Shown here: positions 27,081 through 39,602 of the stretch, one piece after another
How the letters are laid out: each line of letters opens with the position of its first letter
Numbering within the stretch: position 1 is the first letter of the stretch
DNA from: Tubulanus polymorphus
Taxonomy: Eukaryota; Animalia; Nemertea
Assembly: GCF_964204645.1 (NCBI RefSeq)
Contig: NC_134026.1
Coordinates: 7,773,950 to 7,837,949 of the forward strand
Direction of reading: 5' to 3'
Length of the DNA stretch: 64,000 bases
The notes under the pieces: model-generated
The model's database searches: none
What the model was told of the DNA's origin: nothing
Seen by the model: the letters and a program-made list of their open reading frames with translations, nothing else
Program-made: the position numbers and the translations under genes

Positions 27081-27579
27081 ACAGGAGCCGCGGTCCGAAT
27101 CAGACGCAGCCGCTGCAATCCAGAACTGAGACACTAAACAGTTGCTATAGTAACCCGTCATGCTGTTAACTGTTACGCGTGTTTTAAACGGTTTCGATTT
27201 AACGTCCAATTTGTACGAAAAAAAAACTGCCTGGAAATACGGACGAAAGTTTGTCCGGTTTTAATAAGAAATGTAAAATAATGTAATTCGATAATAGCAG
27301 TGAATTTAATCGTGGTGGACTTTAAAAAAACAAACTTCTTCATTTTCGACTCGTTTCACAATCTATCCATAATTCGTCTTCATTTACATTAATTTTTCTG
27401 AAAAAATTGTGTGTTTTATATTTTCATCTCTTTTTCATTATTTTTCTGTCGAAATTAAAAACAAAACGATTCGTAGCATTTAGAACAAAATAACAGTTGC
27501 GGTTTGTGTTTCATTTATTCTCTTCAATTTAACTTGTGTTGGTTAAACTGATTGACAGGCTTCTGACGGAACATGGAAA

Positions 27580-27790
27580 TACAGTGGAACCTCGTTATAA
27601 CGTCGAACACCAGAAGATCTATTTGTTTGAATTGATAGTTTTTATATTATATAGAGTGGAACTTCGTTAAAAACTAATTTCAGGAGTCCAGAAAATCTAT
27701 TTTCAATCGATAGTTTACTTTATCCAACTTCCAGAAACTTCCAATCTGTACAAAATTTTAGGTGTGTAATTATTACGAGGTTCCATGTAG
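27580..27790. mobile_element. Tc1/mariner-type MITE remnant
   Basis: TA-CAGTGGAACCTCGT ... ACGAGGTTCCA-TGTA inverted ends. Confidence 0.5.
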
Positions 27791-28246
27791 AGAGATCACA
27801 CTCTGAATCTATCAGTAATTATTGGGTTCAAACCCGAGACACCATTGTACATTCTCTATTCGGCATCAGGATTACTCTGAATCGGTACCAGTAATTACTG
27901 GGTTCGAACCAGAGACCCCTGTACATCGTATATTCACTCAAGATGTTATTCTATATTTCCGATTGATGGTGGATGTGAAATGTGATCGATCACAAACTTA
28001 GCCGATTGTCTATTCTAGAAATTTGGTTCACACAAAATCCAATAGATGGGGAACATGTCATGTTCAATCTATTTAGGAATTGGCTTCGAACCGGGTACAC
28101 CTGTACATCCTCTCTAAGGACCGTAGATCGATCCAATGTCAAAATGAATCAATAAACAAATTAACTTATGAAGATATTTATTTGTAACGTATAAATGAAA
28201 CGGACAGTACACAGGCCTAATGAATAATTGACTTGAGACGACATTT

Positions 28247-29830
28247 TCATTGTATTTGATGTGAAACATTATCCATTAAATTTGTTTTATGATCAGCAGG
28301 ATTCGCTCTGGCCTCGTAATTACAGATTACTACACCTTCCCTTTGAGCCTAGAAAACAAACGACCAATCAATAATTAGATATAGCATTATGTATACAGGT
28401 ATATTCATACAATGTACAATAGACTGCATGCTTGCACTGGAGTCGATATAGCCTCAGATCAATTAGTCAACCCCCGATATACCACCCCCTATTAACCACC
28501 ACCCCTGCTTACCACCAGGTTCAATGTACATCTCAATACAAATACATAGTATAACATCCCCGATATACCGCCATACTCTCTATACCGCCAAAATCGTTCT
28601 GCACCGATGTGGGCGGTATATCAGGGGTTGACTGTATCTGGACTCTCCATGCCACAGTTAACTGCATTTACTGTTACATAAGTTTTGTTACCTGAGTGAA
28701 GTCGCCCTTCAAACCGATGTAGTATATTTTAGTTGTTTCTGAGCCGAAATTCTTCGGAAAATGAATAGTTAAATGTTGAACCGAGGAGAACTTAACAATC
28801 CTGAAAATGTTCATACAAATAACACATTAAGGATGTTGACCGAGAGGGGTTGGGTGAGAGAGGGTGGCAGTGAGAGTAATACATACTTGGGATTATATTC
28901 TAATTGTCCCGTCTTATCTGGATTTAATTCAAATGTTTGATCGGCTTTACTTTGACAATCATCGAACGTCATGTGAGGTCTGTTCTTAAACCTACAAACA
29001 ATAGAAATAGAATAGAATCGAAATAAATAATCAATGATATCTTTATTAGTACTGGTGACTTTATCAGTGCAACTTACAGTCTCATCTCGGACGGATGAGT
29101 TCCATCTTCATCTCCGATTACAATTACACCTTTTAACTTTACACAACCAGTAAATCTATAATCAATGAAATAATTCATCAGTCTTAATTAACTAAATACG
29201 ACTGGATCCTGTGGTGGCTCATAATGAGACAGCAGTTATGTAATCAGGAATGGGGCCCTTAAGTTCCTACGCATCTCGGTGTAGTCTAGGGTGGCTCCTA
29301 AAGTAGAGGTAGCTACCTGATCGACATTAGTGGTAAGCATGCAGTTTGTGAAAATAGTTGATCATGAAAATAAACCACTGACAGGTTACCGACTACCTAA
29401 GGCCTTTGGGTGGTTCCTGAAAGGGACTACCGGTATGGGTTTTCAGACGGGTTCAAGACCTCTGCATACCGACCAAGGTTGTGCTTGAGCTTACGGAATA
29501 TTAAACAATAATTCTTCATCACAATCGCTTTCAACAAACTGAAAATAATAAATATCAAAAGCTTTTTGACGAATTAAATGGAGAACTGAGCGCAACCAAG
29601 AAAAGAGAGTAGAGAGGAGGTGAGAAAGAGGTATCATCAACCTTGTCAGTTTGGAGCCTATTTTCCCAGGGTTTAAACACATATTTTCCGGAACCCTCTC
29701 GAGTTTCATTTAAACATTCGACTTGATCAAGATTAATTTTCAGGTATAGATTGTATTCAGTGCCGCGGTCTGGAGGATCATGAGCTCCTCCGCAGCAACC
29801 TCCACTGTGATGATGATGCGGTCCGGACAT
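28247..29830 (-). CDS. PITHD1: PITH domain-containing protein 1 (208 aa); exons 29830-29642, 29538-29495, 29155-29078, 28991-28887, 28800-28692, 28348-28247
   Basis: [113 protein letters not shown]; GT-AG introns, 627 nt in frame. Confidence 0.95.
28465..28635. mobile_element. Tc1/mariner-type MITE in PITHD1 intron 5
   Basis: AGTCAACCCCCGATATACC ... GGTATATCAGGGGTTGACTGTA inverted ends. Confidence 0.6.
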
Positions 29831-30648
29831 TTTTATGTTTACAAATTTACAAAGCAAAATTGTTGCGTTCAGCTGTAATTAATCCGTTCTACCCGCGGCA
29901 GTCGGACATACAATTAAATTCAACAAATTTATTGCACTCAAGTACGGCTCTGCATTTGCTAAATTAGCAAAATAAAATCGATACGTAAGCGGGAACCAAT
30001 CGGCCTCATTGCACCAGAACGCACCAGCTTGCACGAAATTTTCAAAAAATTTCTGGGGAGGACACACAGACCCTGCGTTCCTGCCTATTCCTAAAAAAGG
30101 AGCCAAATCGCCTACAAACGGGTTTGAATCAAGAAAAGGTGGCTACCTGGTTTTCGAGAGGGGTCTGTTGGGCAGGAATAAATAAATATATAAGTGTAAA
30201 TAAATAAATATATAAATAAACTAAGCGGATGTTGGAACCCAGTAATTACTGTAAACTTTGGACGTTGAACAAAGATTGAAAGCTTCGTTATAAACGCTCT
30301 TGGCTCTTTATTGATTTGATTTGATTTGAACACTTGAACACTTTATTTTTCAAATATAATTTACAGCATAGTGTACAAAGCATAATACAAAATACAGTAA
30401 ATTAGACCTGGAGGGGCCTGTAGAAACTAAGGAATAGTTTGTATAAAACAGGTCCCTCAAAAGAGAAAAGAAAAAAAGAGAAATGCAATAAAGAAAATAA
30501 TATGCTCACAGTCAACCCTTAACACACAAAATGCAATCAAAGTAAACTATGATAACAGCTTGATTAAGATATAATCATTTAATAAGCCAGTTATTTTCTG
30601 AAATATTCCAAAAACAATAATTTTAGTTCGAATAACTGTATGATAAAA

Positions 30649-33417
30649 TCAAGCACAAAGTTGCTTTCTATAATTTCTTAGGAACAGTTTAGAATTTTCC
30701 ATGTTTTTTAGATTTTCACTGATGTTATTCCAAAATAAAGGGCCGGATACTTTTACTGAAAATTTTCTTCTTAGACTATTGAAAGAAAGTGTTTGTAAAT
30801 CTTGACGTCGCCGAGTATTGTGACTGTGGATTTGAAAATTTTGGTTCCAATAATTTTCGAATGATTTCGGTAATTCGGAGTGGACAGATCTGTAGATGAA
30901 AGTACCTAGCTGAAGTTTATTAATATCTTTGAGCTTGAGGATATTAAAAGCTTTGAATAAAGGGTCAGTGTGCGCCAAATAATAGGAATTAGAAATTAGC
31001 CTGATAGCTCTTTTTTGCAATACAATTAATGGCTGAAGTTTATTTTCAAAATTTCGTCCCCAAACTAAGTTACAATACTGGAGGTAAGGATCAATAAGCG
31101 ACAAATAAAGGGTACGAAGAGAACTCACTGGCAGCTTATGTCTTACTCTATTTATTATACCAATGCTTCGAGAAACTTTTTTTTCAACTGATTTTATTTG
31201 ATCGTCCCAGGTTAAATTTCTGTCAATAAAAACTCCAAGAAAATTTGTGACATTGACTTGTTTGATCTCTATATTGTTAATTGATATTCTCAAGTTATGT
31301 TTCAATAGTTTACCGAACACCATAAATGACGTCTTCTTTACATTTAATGACAGCTTGTTTGTTTGAAACCAGGTATACAATTTTGACAATTCAATGTTTA
31401 CTGTACGTACTAATCTGTCTAAATTAATGTCACCATAAAAGGCATTTGTGTCATCGGCAAACAATATAAGTTTTAACACATTAGAAAATTTAATACAGTC
31501 GTTTACATATAATAAAAAAAGCAAGGGACCTAAAATTGAGCCTTGGGGTACTCCAGTTTTAACGGTACATAACGAGGATTTATAATTTTGAATTTGAACA
31601 AATTGTTTTCTATTCTTCAAATAGTCTTCAAACCAGTTGTTAGAGATGCCTCTTATTCCATAAAAACATAATTTTCTTAATAAGATTTCGTGATCAACGG
31701 TGTCAAAGGCTTTTGATAAATCTAAGAATACCCCAATAGTTGATTTGTTTTCTTCTAAATTTTGTGAAATTTCATCAGTTATCAATGTTAAGGCCATGGC
31801 AGTTGAATGGTTCTTTCGAAAGCCGAACTGGTTTGGTTGAATGATATGAAACTTGTTACAATATTCGGTTAATCGATTATACACTATCTTTTCGAGAATT
31901 TTAGAAAAGCAGGGCAGTACGGATATCGGTCTGTAATTATCAAAAGAGTCATTATTGCCAGCTTTATAGAGTGGACGTATTCGCGCTACCTTCAGTTCAG
32001 CCGGCACTATACCGGAATTTAAGCTACAGTTAAATATATGAGTTAGCGGGTATTTTACAGAATCAATTATTTTCTTAACTACTTTTACAGAGAAACCATC
32101 AGCACCAGCGCCTTTGCTGGGTGAGAAATCATTTACAATCTGACTGATTTCATCAGGGTGGGTCGGGAAAAAGAAAAAGTTTTCATTTACTGGATCTGTC
32201 AGATATTCACTGAAGTGGACACCTGTATCTGGTATTTGATTAGCTAGGTTGCTACCAATATTTACAAAGAAAGAATTAAATTCATTAGCGATATTTTCAT
32301 AGCCGTTTACAACGATACCGTTCATTTTGAAAGAGCAAGGTAATCTACACCGATCATTAGAAGATTTTCCAATTAGACTGTTTAAGATATTCCATGATTT
32401 TTTCATGTCGGATTTGGCTGCAAGTAATTTAGTCTCATAATACTTTTTCTCGGCATATTTGAGTGTACGAGACAAGGTACGTTTGTAATTCAAATAATTT
32501 TTCAAATGTGATCTCTTACGCAAAGATTTTCTGTACAAGCGATTTTTGTGTTTAATACATTTCAATAATCCAGATGATAACCACGGTTTATGTAATTTAT
32601 TTTCGTTTATTTTACGGGGAGTTGAAAAAGGAAAGCTTTCATTATATAATTCCATGAATTTAGTGTTAAATGCGCTGTATGAGAGTTGCGGGTCTGCATT
32701 ACTATAGATATCCGACCAATCAGTGGCCAGAAGAGCTCTATTGAATTTTGAAATGTTACGTTCACAATAGTTTCTGTTCGAAGTCACCTCTTGGTCAATT
32801 TTGGGCTCAACGTGATTACAGACAGTAAAAATAGGAAAATGATCCGAAATATCGGTACAAATAATACCCGTACTAAACACATGGCGAATATCGTTACAAA
32901 AAATATTATCTATAAGCGTCGAGGATGTGGGAGTGATTCTTGTGGGTTTATCAACTAATGGAATGAACCCAAATGAAGTCATATTTTCTAAATAGTTATC
33001 AGTTGGTCTGTGGGCGTTAACTTGTAGTAAATCGATATTGAAATCGCCCATAAGATAGCATACTTTGTCTTCTCTATTAAGTTTCACTAAAAGTGGAATT
33101 AATTCATTATTAAAGCCATTTATGCTTTGTCCGGGTGGTCGATAGATCAGACCAATTAATTTATTTTTTTCTTTTTCAAGAATCAATTCAATAAATAGAC
33201 ATTCAAAAGTATTTCTATCCTCGGATAGATCTGGTCTAAGTTTCACATTAAAACTTTCTTTGAAAAATAGGGCCAAACCTCCTCCCTGACAATTTTTTCT
33301 ACACTTAAAAACACTTTTCATACCTGGGAGATTATACAGCCTGCCATTATCATGAAGTTCGCTAGTCCAGGTTTCGGTTAACCCGAAAATAGAAAAGTCA
33401 GTTTTTAAATTGCTCAA
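30649..33417 (-). CDS. LINE ORF2: AP endonuclease + reverse transcriptase (frame open upstream to ~33580, including LNIRS)
   Basis: GLTETW, IYRPP, MGDFNID, IDNIF, SDHFPI (APE); YRPISVL, QFGFR, FLDLSKAFD, GVPQGSILGP, FADD (RT); HNTRR..WNNI tail. Confidence 0.92.
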   Translation of the reverse strand: MSNLKTDFSIFGLTETWTSELHDNGRLYNLPGMKSVFKCRKNCQGGGLALFFKESFNVKLRPDLSEDRNTFECLFIELILEKEKNKLIGLIYRPPGQSINGFNNELIPLLVKLNREDKVCYLMGDFNIDLLQVNAHRPTDNYLENMTSFGFIPLVDKPTRITPTSSTLIDNIFCNDIRHVFSTGIICTDISDHFPIFTVCNHVEPKIDQEVTSNRNYCERNISKFNRALLATDWSDIYSNADPQLSYSAFNTKFMELYNESFPFSTPRKINENKLHKPWLSSGLLKCIKHKNRLYRKSLRKRSHLKNYLNYKRTLSRTLKYAEKKYYETKLLAAKSDMKKSWNILNSLIGKSSNDRCRLPCSFKMNGIVVNGYENIANEFNSFFVNIGSNLANQIPDTGVHFSEYLTDPVNENFFFFPTHPDEISQIVNDFSPSKGAGADGFSVKVVKKIIDSVKYPLTHIFNCSLNSGIVPAELKVARIRPLYKAGNNDSFDNYRPISVLPCFSKILEKIVYNRLTEYCNKFHIIQPNQFGFRKNHSTAMALTLITDEISQNLEENKSTIGVFLDLSKAFDTVDHEILLRKLCFYGIRGISNNWFEDYLKNRKQFVQIQNYKSSLCTVKTGVPQGSILGPLLFLLYVNDCIKFSNVLKLILFADDTNAFYGDINLDRLVRTVNIELSKLYTWFQTNKLSLNVKKTSFMVFGKLLKHNLRISINNIEIKQVNVTNFLGVFIDRNLTWDDQIKSVEKKVSRSIGIINRVRHKLPVSSLRTLYLSLIDPYLQYCNLVWGRNFENKLQPLIVLQKRAIRLISNSYYLAHTDPLFKAFNILKLKDINKLQLGTFIYRSVHSELPKSFENYWNQNFQIHSHNTRRRQDLQTLSFNSLRRKFSVKVSGPLFWNNISENLKNMENSKLFLRNYRKQLCA

Positions 33418-33598
33418 AAAATATGAAAATGTATCAAAATTTCTGTTACAACTACGAATGTTTAAAGCACAGATTGAAAAATGTTGCTTTTCAAACTCTA
33501 CAGTAGAGTTTACATCAATGTATTGACATTTGTTATTATTAAAGATGTCGATGATGAATAAGTATAGGGTAGATAATACTCGTTAATAGGTAGCATTA

Positions 33599-34556
33599 TT
33601 AGACTGATGTTATCGGTAAATCATCCGGGACTGAAATTCTGTCCTTTTTGGCCATGTGAACAGTTGGGCTAATATCGGATGATGATGTCTGACCTCTGGT
33701 TCGTTTTTTATTCTGATCCGGTGTTAATGCACGAAGAAAGACTTGTGTAAGTTCTTTGGCACCATCGATTCCAATATGGATTCATGACCTATCAGTTGAA
33801 TCAAATAACGACTGGTTAACTGAAAAATTTGGTTGGAATACCAAATCATTGTCTATATAGTTCAAATGATTTTCACTGTCACATAGCTTTCGAAGATAGT
33901 TATTGATCTTTGAGGAAGTGTCATTGTAGGTTAGCGCGGTCTTACTTTTTCCTTTACGCGGTAGTATACTAGATACATTAATTTGAGCGCTGGGAAATGT
34001 ATTTCGAAGGATATTTATCATTTTTGACATATCCAGGATTGTTTGGTCATGATCGTCTTTGTTTCGAGTCATGTCGTTGGTCCCTAGATGGCAGATTATC
34101 GATTTTATTTTCGCATTTTCAATAGACGGGTCCACTTTCTGGAGAAGTTTATTTACATCATGGGCCGTTGCACCCGAAACGCTGCACACATGAACGCTTT
34201 CCGGAATATCTGTAAACATCAGGCGAGAGCAGTTCGAGTCACCCATAATGATATGTTTCGGGGGCACAATTGTCGAGTTAGCGGTGCGGCTCTCTGCAGG
34301 TGACATGTCAGTGACGGTAGACTGAGTATGAGTAGGAGTTTTAACTGTGGAATGTGATTTGTCCTCACATGATTGATGATCAGTTATGTCGTCGTCAAAA
34401 TTTAGTCTTTTTTCCAACCCCTGTAATATCGGACATTCTGATTTTTTATGCCCTTCCTTACGGCAGTAGAAACATAAAACGCCAGATGGACAATTGGCTG
34501 CTAGATGGTCTGGAGATTTACATTTAAAACAGAGTTTGAGAGTACGCAAGAGAGCG
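33599..34556 (-). pseudogene. LINE ORF1 (5'-truncated): two CCHC knuckles plus SGNH esterase, premature TGA at 33782-33784
   Basis: CFKCKSPDHLAANC, CFYCRKEGHKKSEC; GDS, GA, GTND blocks; TDRS*IH reads through in frame to TAA at 33599. Confidence 0.8.
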
Positions 34557-34965
34557 TATTCATCTGACAAACGAAACAGCATTCATTATAACCAGTGTTG
34601 CAGTACAGTACATTTACAACATTGACTCGGAGCGAGAGAGCAGAGGTTTAAACACGTTAAGCTTTATATCTTTAGAACATTGAACACAGAAACTGACACT
34701 TTATCCCGCCCTATTTCTATTATCTCTCTATAGGTGGCAGCACCTCCCGGTATCGTATTTTACACCTTAAGGGCACATAAGACCTTAATTAACAGAACTA
34801 ATTAATACACTTTAACAGAACATGCAAACTTAAAAGTAAAGAGTTATATCAAATCATGTTATGTGCTACACAACCTACTACAGATTTGTCTTTATAAACA
34901 GTTGAAATTAACGCATGCATTACACTATAGAATACAGGTTTTGTTTACTGAATCCGGATATAAGT

Positions 34966-37900
34966 TTAGTCTACAGAACACTCAAGAAAGACTAGCTTAT
35001 CAATTGGGCGTTTCAACATACTAGAACTCTTAGTTTTCACTATTACACTGCGTACTTTGCCATCGCTACCTGGAAAGACTTCAGTAATTCGCCCTAATGG
35101 CCAAGAACACCTAGGTTGATTAAGATCACATACTAAAACCAAATCACCCACTTTTGCATTCCTATTAGGCTTTTGCCATTTTTGTCTTTCCTGTAGCAAG
35201 GGCAGGTACTCTATAATCCAACGCTGCCAGAACACGTTAGCCAGATACTGTGCCTGGCGCCATCTACGTTTTACATATATGTCTGTTTTTTCGAACACTC
35301 CTGGGGGGAGTGTGCCACTATGACGCAGTAACAGAATATAATTTGGCGTTATAGCCTGTAAGTCTGAAGGGTCATCGGAGATACAAGTCAACGGGCGACT
35401 ATTAATAATATTTTCGGATTCGCACATAAAGGTCGCAAGCGTCTCATCGTTTAAAACTTGTTGTCCCACTACGGATCTTAAAACTTTACGGATGGTTCGG
35501 ATACATCGCTCCCATATTCCGCCATGATGGGATCCAAACGGTGGGTTGAATGTCCAGCTTATTTCCCTTTGCTGAAGAAAAGATTCAATATGTACCTGGT
35601 TCCAACTATCTAACGCACCTTTTAGTTCCTTTTCCGAGGCGACGAAGTTCCCGCCATTATCGCAGCGGATAACTTCCGGTGTACCGCGACGAGATATAAA
35701 TCTACGTAAGGCGTTAATAAAGGAACTTGTGTCCATACTGTGTCTAATCTCGATATGAACGGCCCTACTCGCCAGGCAGGTGAAAATACACCCGTAACGT
35801 TTTGGATTACTGCGACCCTGTTTCACTAAGAACGGTCCGAATAGATCCACGCCGACGGTGGAAAACGGAGGTTTATCAGGTGTCAAACGATCATGTGGTA
35901 AGTCGGACATCTGCTGCTCGCCGACAGCCCCTTGTCGTTTGACGCAATCAACACATTTGCGCAATAATCTACGGACCTAATTTTTACCGTGTATTATCCA
36001 ATACCGTTCACGTGTTAGCGACAAAACGTGATTTAATCCTGCGTGACCAGCTACATATCGATGATAATGCCATATTATGAGGTTGGTTACATGGTTATTT
36101 CTTGGCAAGATAATCGGATGCTTGTGGTGGTAATCCAAGTCCGAGTTTTTCAAACGTCCACCAACCCTCAATAGGCCGTCACTAACATAAGGGTTAATTC
36201 GACGAAGACTACTAGACTTCTTAACAATTCTAGATTTCTCGAGCACTGAGAATTCTTCTGAAAATGCCTGACGCTGTACTGACTGTAGAATTACATTCTC
36301 TGCACATCTCAGCTCGGCGACAGAGATATGTGTACATCTATCCCTATTCTTCCTTCCAGCGACCGCGTCCTTCAGAGTAGTGACAAAACGAATCACCCAG
36401 GCAGTCACAGATTTAACTTAATGCCAGGATGAATATTTTTCAGCCATTTCAGTAAAGAATTTTCCAGATGTGACTGAGAACTGTGGCATCATAGGTGGCG
36501 ACACTACTTGCTGACAGGACTTAACCTCCGGATCATTTTGAGGGAGTTCATAACATACCGTTTGACTTGGCCAACTTTCTTCAGGCCCACGCAAGAAATC
36601 GGGTCCTTGCAACCACCGTGAATCATCAGTAATCGTCTGCACACTACAGCCTCTCGATGCATCGTCTCCTGGATTCAGCTTTCCAGGAACAAAGCGCCAT
36701 TGATGAGGTTTTGATCCGTTATGTATATAAGTTAATTTGTTCGCAACGAATGTCTTGAATCGTTTATTGGTATTGTTGACATACTTGATGACGGCCATAC
36801 TGTCTGTCCAAAACACTGATTCGTAGAGTGGCATGTCTAGTTCTTTTCGCAATACATGATCCAACAAAACAGACAAAGCTGCGGCAGACAGTTCTAACCT
36901 TGGTATCGTGCTGCCTTTCATCGGTGCTAGACGCGCCTTTGACATCATCAGACTGGCATGTACGTTGCCAGCTTCATTTTCGAGCCTCTAAATATGATAC
37001 CAAGCCATATCCTGTCTCACAACCATCTGAAAAGTGGTGAAGTTGAGCGGTAATGGGCTTTCCAAACTCCGCAGGAATTACACATGGTATTGAAACATCA
37101 CTGAGCCTTGATATCTCATTTAACCATTGTGACCATTTGTCGCCGTAGTAACGTGGGATTTCATCGTCCCAGTCGAGACCAATTCTACAGAGTTCCTGAC
37201 ATATCATCTTTCCAGGTAATAGTACTGACGAAACTAGACCAAGGGGGTCAAAAACGGAACTGACCACAGAGAGTATGCCTCGACAGGTTAATGGTCTGGT
37301 TTTCAGGTTGAACTCGTACTTAAAGACATCACGCTGCATATCCCACAGACAACCAAGTGTTTTTTCTCGCGAGGTAGTTCATTTACACCGAGTTCCAACA
37401 GTGATTTCGCTCGATCTTTAGGCAAAACTGACTCCAGAACAGTTCTAGAATTAGACGATATTTTTGCCAAGTTAAATCCGCCTTTCTTTGCAAGTTCGCG
37501 GACATCGTATAATAACTTAACGGCTTCAGCGTCACTACGTATAGACTTCAAACAGTCGTCGACATAAAAATCCTTCCTGACAACATTTACTGCCTCTGGC
37601 CCAAACTCTTGACCGAAGTCTTCAACTGTCTTGTGTAAGGCATTATTGCAGATAGTCGGGGAGCATATGGCCCCAAAAACATGAACGTTCATACGATAAT
37701 CTGCGGTGTCCTGTCGTGTGTCACCATTTGGCCACCATAGGAAACGTAGTGCGTCTCGGTCAGGCTTAAAAACGTTCACCTGATGAAACATTGCAGTGAT
37801 ATCAGCAGTGAACGCAACTGGACCTTCCCGAAATCTCGTTAGCACTCCGACTAAGGAGTTTGTAATATCTGGTCCTTGGTACAGTACATCATTCAGGCTT

Positions 37901-39600
37901 ATATTACGATACTTTGCGGAGCAGTCAAATACGACACGTAATTTGTTATTTTCCAGCTGCATTACAGGATGGTGAGGCAGGTACCATGTAACGCCATCTG
38001 GTCCGTTGAGTTCGTCACTTGGAATACGTTCACAAAATGCCTTTGCGACCAGGTCATTCATATACGCCGTATATCTGTCGATAATATCGTTCCTAATCAG
38101 TTTACTTTTGAGCGTCTTGAGTCGTTGTTCAGCGAGCTCCCGATTATTCGGCAGATTCTTCGTCTTCCACGGTAAACCGATTTCGTAACGTTCGCCAGTA
38201 TAACGAGTGGTGGAATTTATTTTTTCAATTGCGACTGTATCGTCACGTGACATCGCATAGCCACTACCAGTATCTTCAAATTCTCTATCACAGTATTGTT
38301 TGAACTGTTCACTCAAGGCGTGATCAGCTCTTATGCAGTTTGTTGTACTTCGGTCATAGTCGACGAATCGTTCTAACGGTCCATTAATGGTCCAACTATA
38401 ACGAGTACGAATTGCAAAGGGGCCTGATTTCTCAGGCTTGCGTATTGCAAAAGGTTCCAAAACTTTACTATGATCATTACCGATGAGTAGTTCGACGTTG
38501 CTATCAATTCGCACTAGAGCCAAATCTCTTAAATGAGGGGCCGTGCATAAAGTACGTACGTCCGTGGGGGGGGGGTTCTTAAAATCCGTACAAAAGCGTA
38601 CAGGGGGAGGTGAGGAGTCAGCTAAAAACGTACATACTTTCCAAGGGGGGAGGGTTAATATTAATAGTACGTACTTTGTGCACGAAATATATGTCTGTGG
38701 GTAAACCTGTCTTCCTTTAATGTATAGCATGCAAACACTGCCTTAATTGCGAAACCGGTCTCCCTGGGTTTGTTGCATTCAATATATTATATTTGGATCT
38801 CGGGAATTCACCACTTTCAGTCTTTCATTTCGTCGCCATGGAAGATTGATCACCGTCAGCAGGAACTCTGTTGAATCAGAGTGGATTTTGCCTTCTTTAA
38901 ACCATTATTCCTGAAAATTCTGTTTTACTGGGGGGGGGGTTACCCCTAAAAGTATGTACGCAAGGGGGGTTATAAAAAAACGTACAATGAGCGTACAAGG
39001 GGGAGGGGGGGTTAAAAATACCCGGAAGTCAAGCGTACGTACTTTATGCACGGCCCCTGAGGCCATACCTCAATCTCTGACTGTTTGGGTACATCGGCTT
39101 CTGACACTGGAAGACTTGGTGTAGCAAGCACGTTCGTAAGCAAGTATGGATCATGTCCCTCTATACTACAAATTTCAAGGTCGACCGCCTCGCTTACTAT
39201 ATCGCGTGACATATTCATTGTTGTCAACTTGAATCGTGTCTCAGAACCATGTATCCTCAATTTACGCAATAAACTCTCCGCACAGAATGTAGCTGTGGAT
39301 CCATTATCCAGGAAGGCGTACGTAGAGACAGACCGTGTACCGGACTTTACGAGAACAGGAACGATGGGTAAACCCACTGAATACGACGTTCCGCTGATAA
39401 GGGAATTTTTTACTTCTGATGTATGTAACAACGAGTGATGGTTTTGTCTACATGATTTACATTTCATCGAACTGCGGCAATCTTTCGCCTGATGTCTCGG
39501 CTTAACACAATTTTTGCAAAGTCTTTTCGCCATTACTACGTTTTTTCGTTCTTCCACCGACTTGTCGAGAAAGTCTTTACACTGATCAGTCCAGTGGTCG
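34966..39600 (-). pseudogene. BEL/Pao gag C-terminus and pol (zinc knuckles, protease, RT, RNase H, integrase, DUF5641-like), frameshifted and interrupted by a MITE
   Basis: CKNCVKPRH..CKSCRQNHHSLLH; FLDNGS; YLPHHPV, RVVFDCS, FYVDDCL; LHHFSDG, IPRLEL, FWTDS; GVDLFGP, CDNGGNF, GIWER; FWQRWIIEYL. Confidence 0.92.
38537..39057. mobile_element. PIF/Harbinger MITE inserted in BEL pol
   Basis: TIR GGGGCCGTGCATAAAGTACGTACG at both ends; TGA TSD; removing it restores W-P-H-L-R in frame. Confidence 0.92.
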
Positions 39601-39602
39601 CT

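Larger units (their letters stand above)
30313..34556 (-). mobile_element. 5'-truncated non-LTR retrotransposon, CR1/L2 group (Crack/Daphne-like)
   Basis: ORF1 plus APE-RT ORF2; 3' end AATAAA...(AAATC)n; TATT on both sides (4-bp TSD or microhomology). Confidence 0.9.
30250..34764 (-). repeat. Left (3') LTR of the BEL element, split into 30250-30312 and 34557-34764 by a LINE
   Basis: Joining the two parts reproduces the LTR at 43157-43416 with a few substitutions and one small indel. Confidence 0.9.

Noticed and set aside
34557-34582. ATG start of the 266-aa ORF1 in the ORF track
   Set aside because: Lies in LTR sequence beyond the LINE 5' truncation point; a chance in-frame fusion
38530-38730. 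N-terminus of the 475-aa ORF 37303-38730
   Set aside because: Derived from the inserted Harbinger MITE, not from pol
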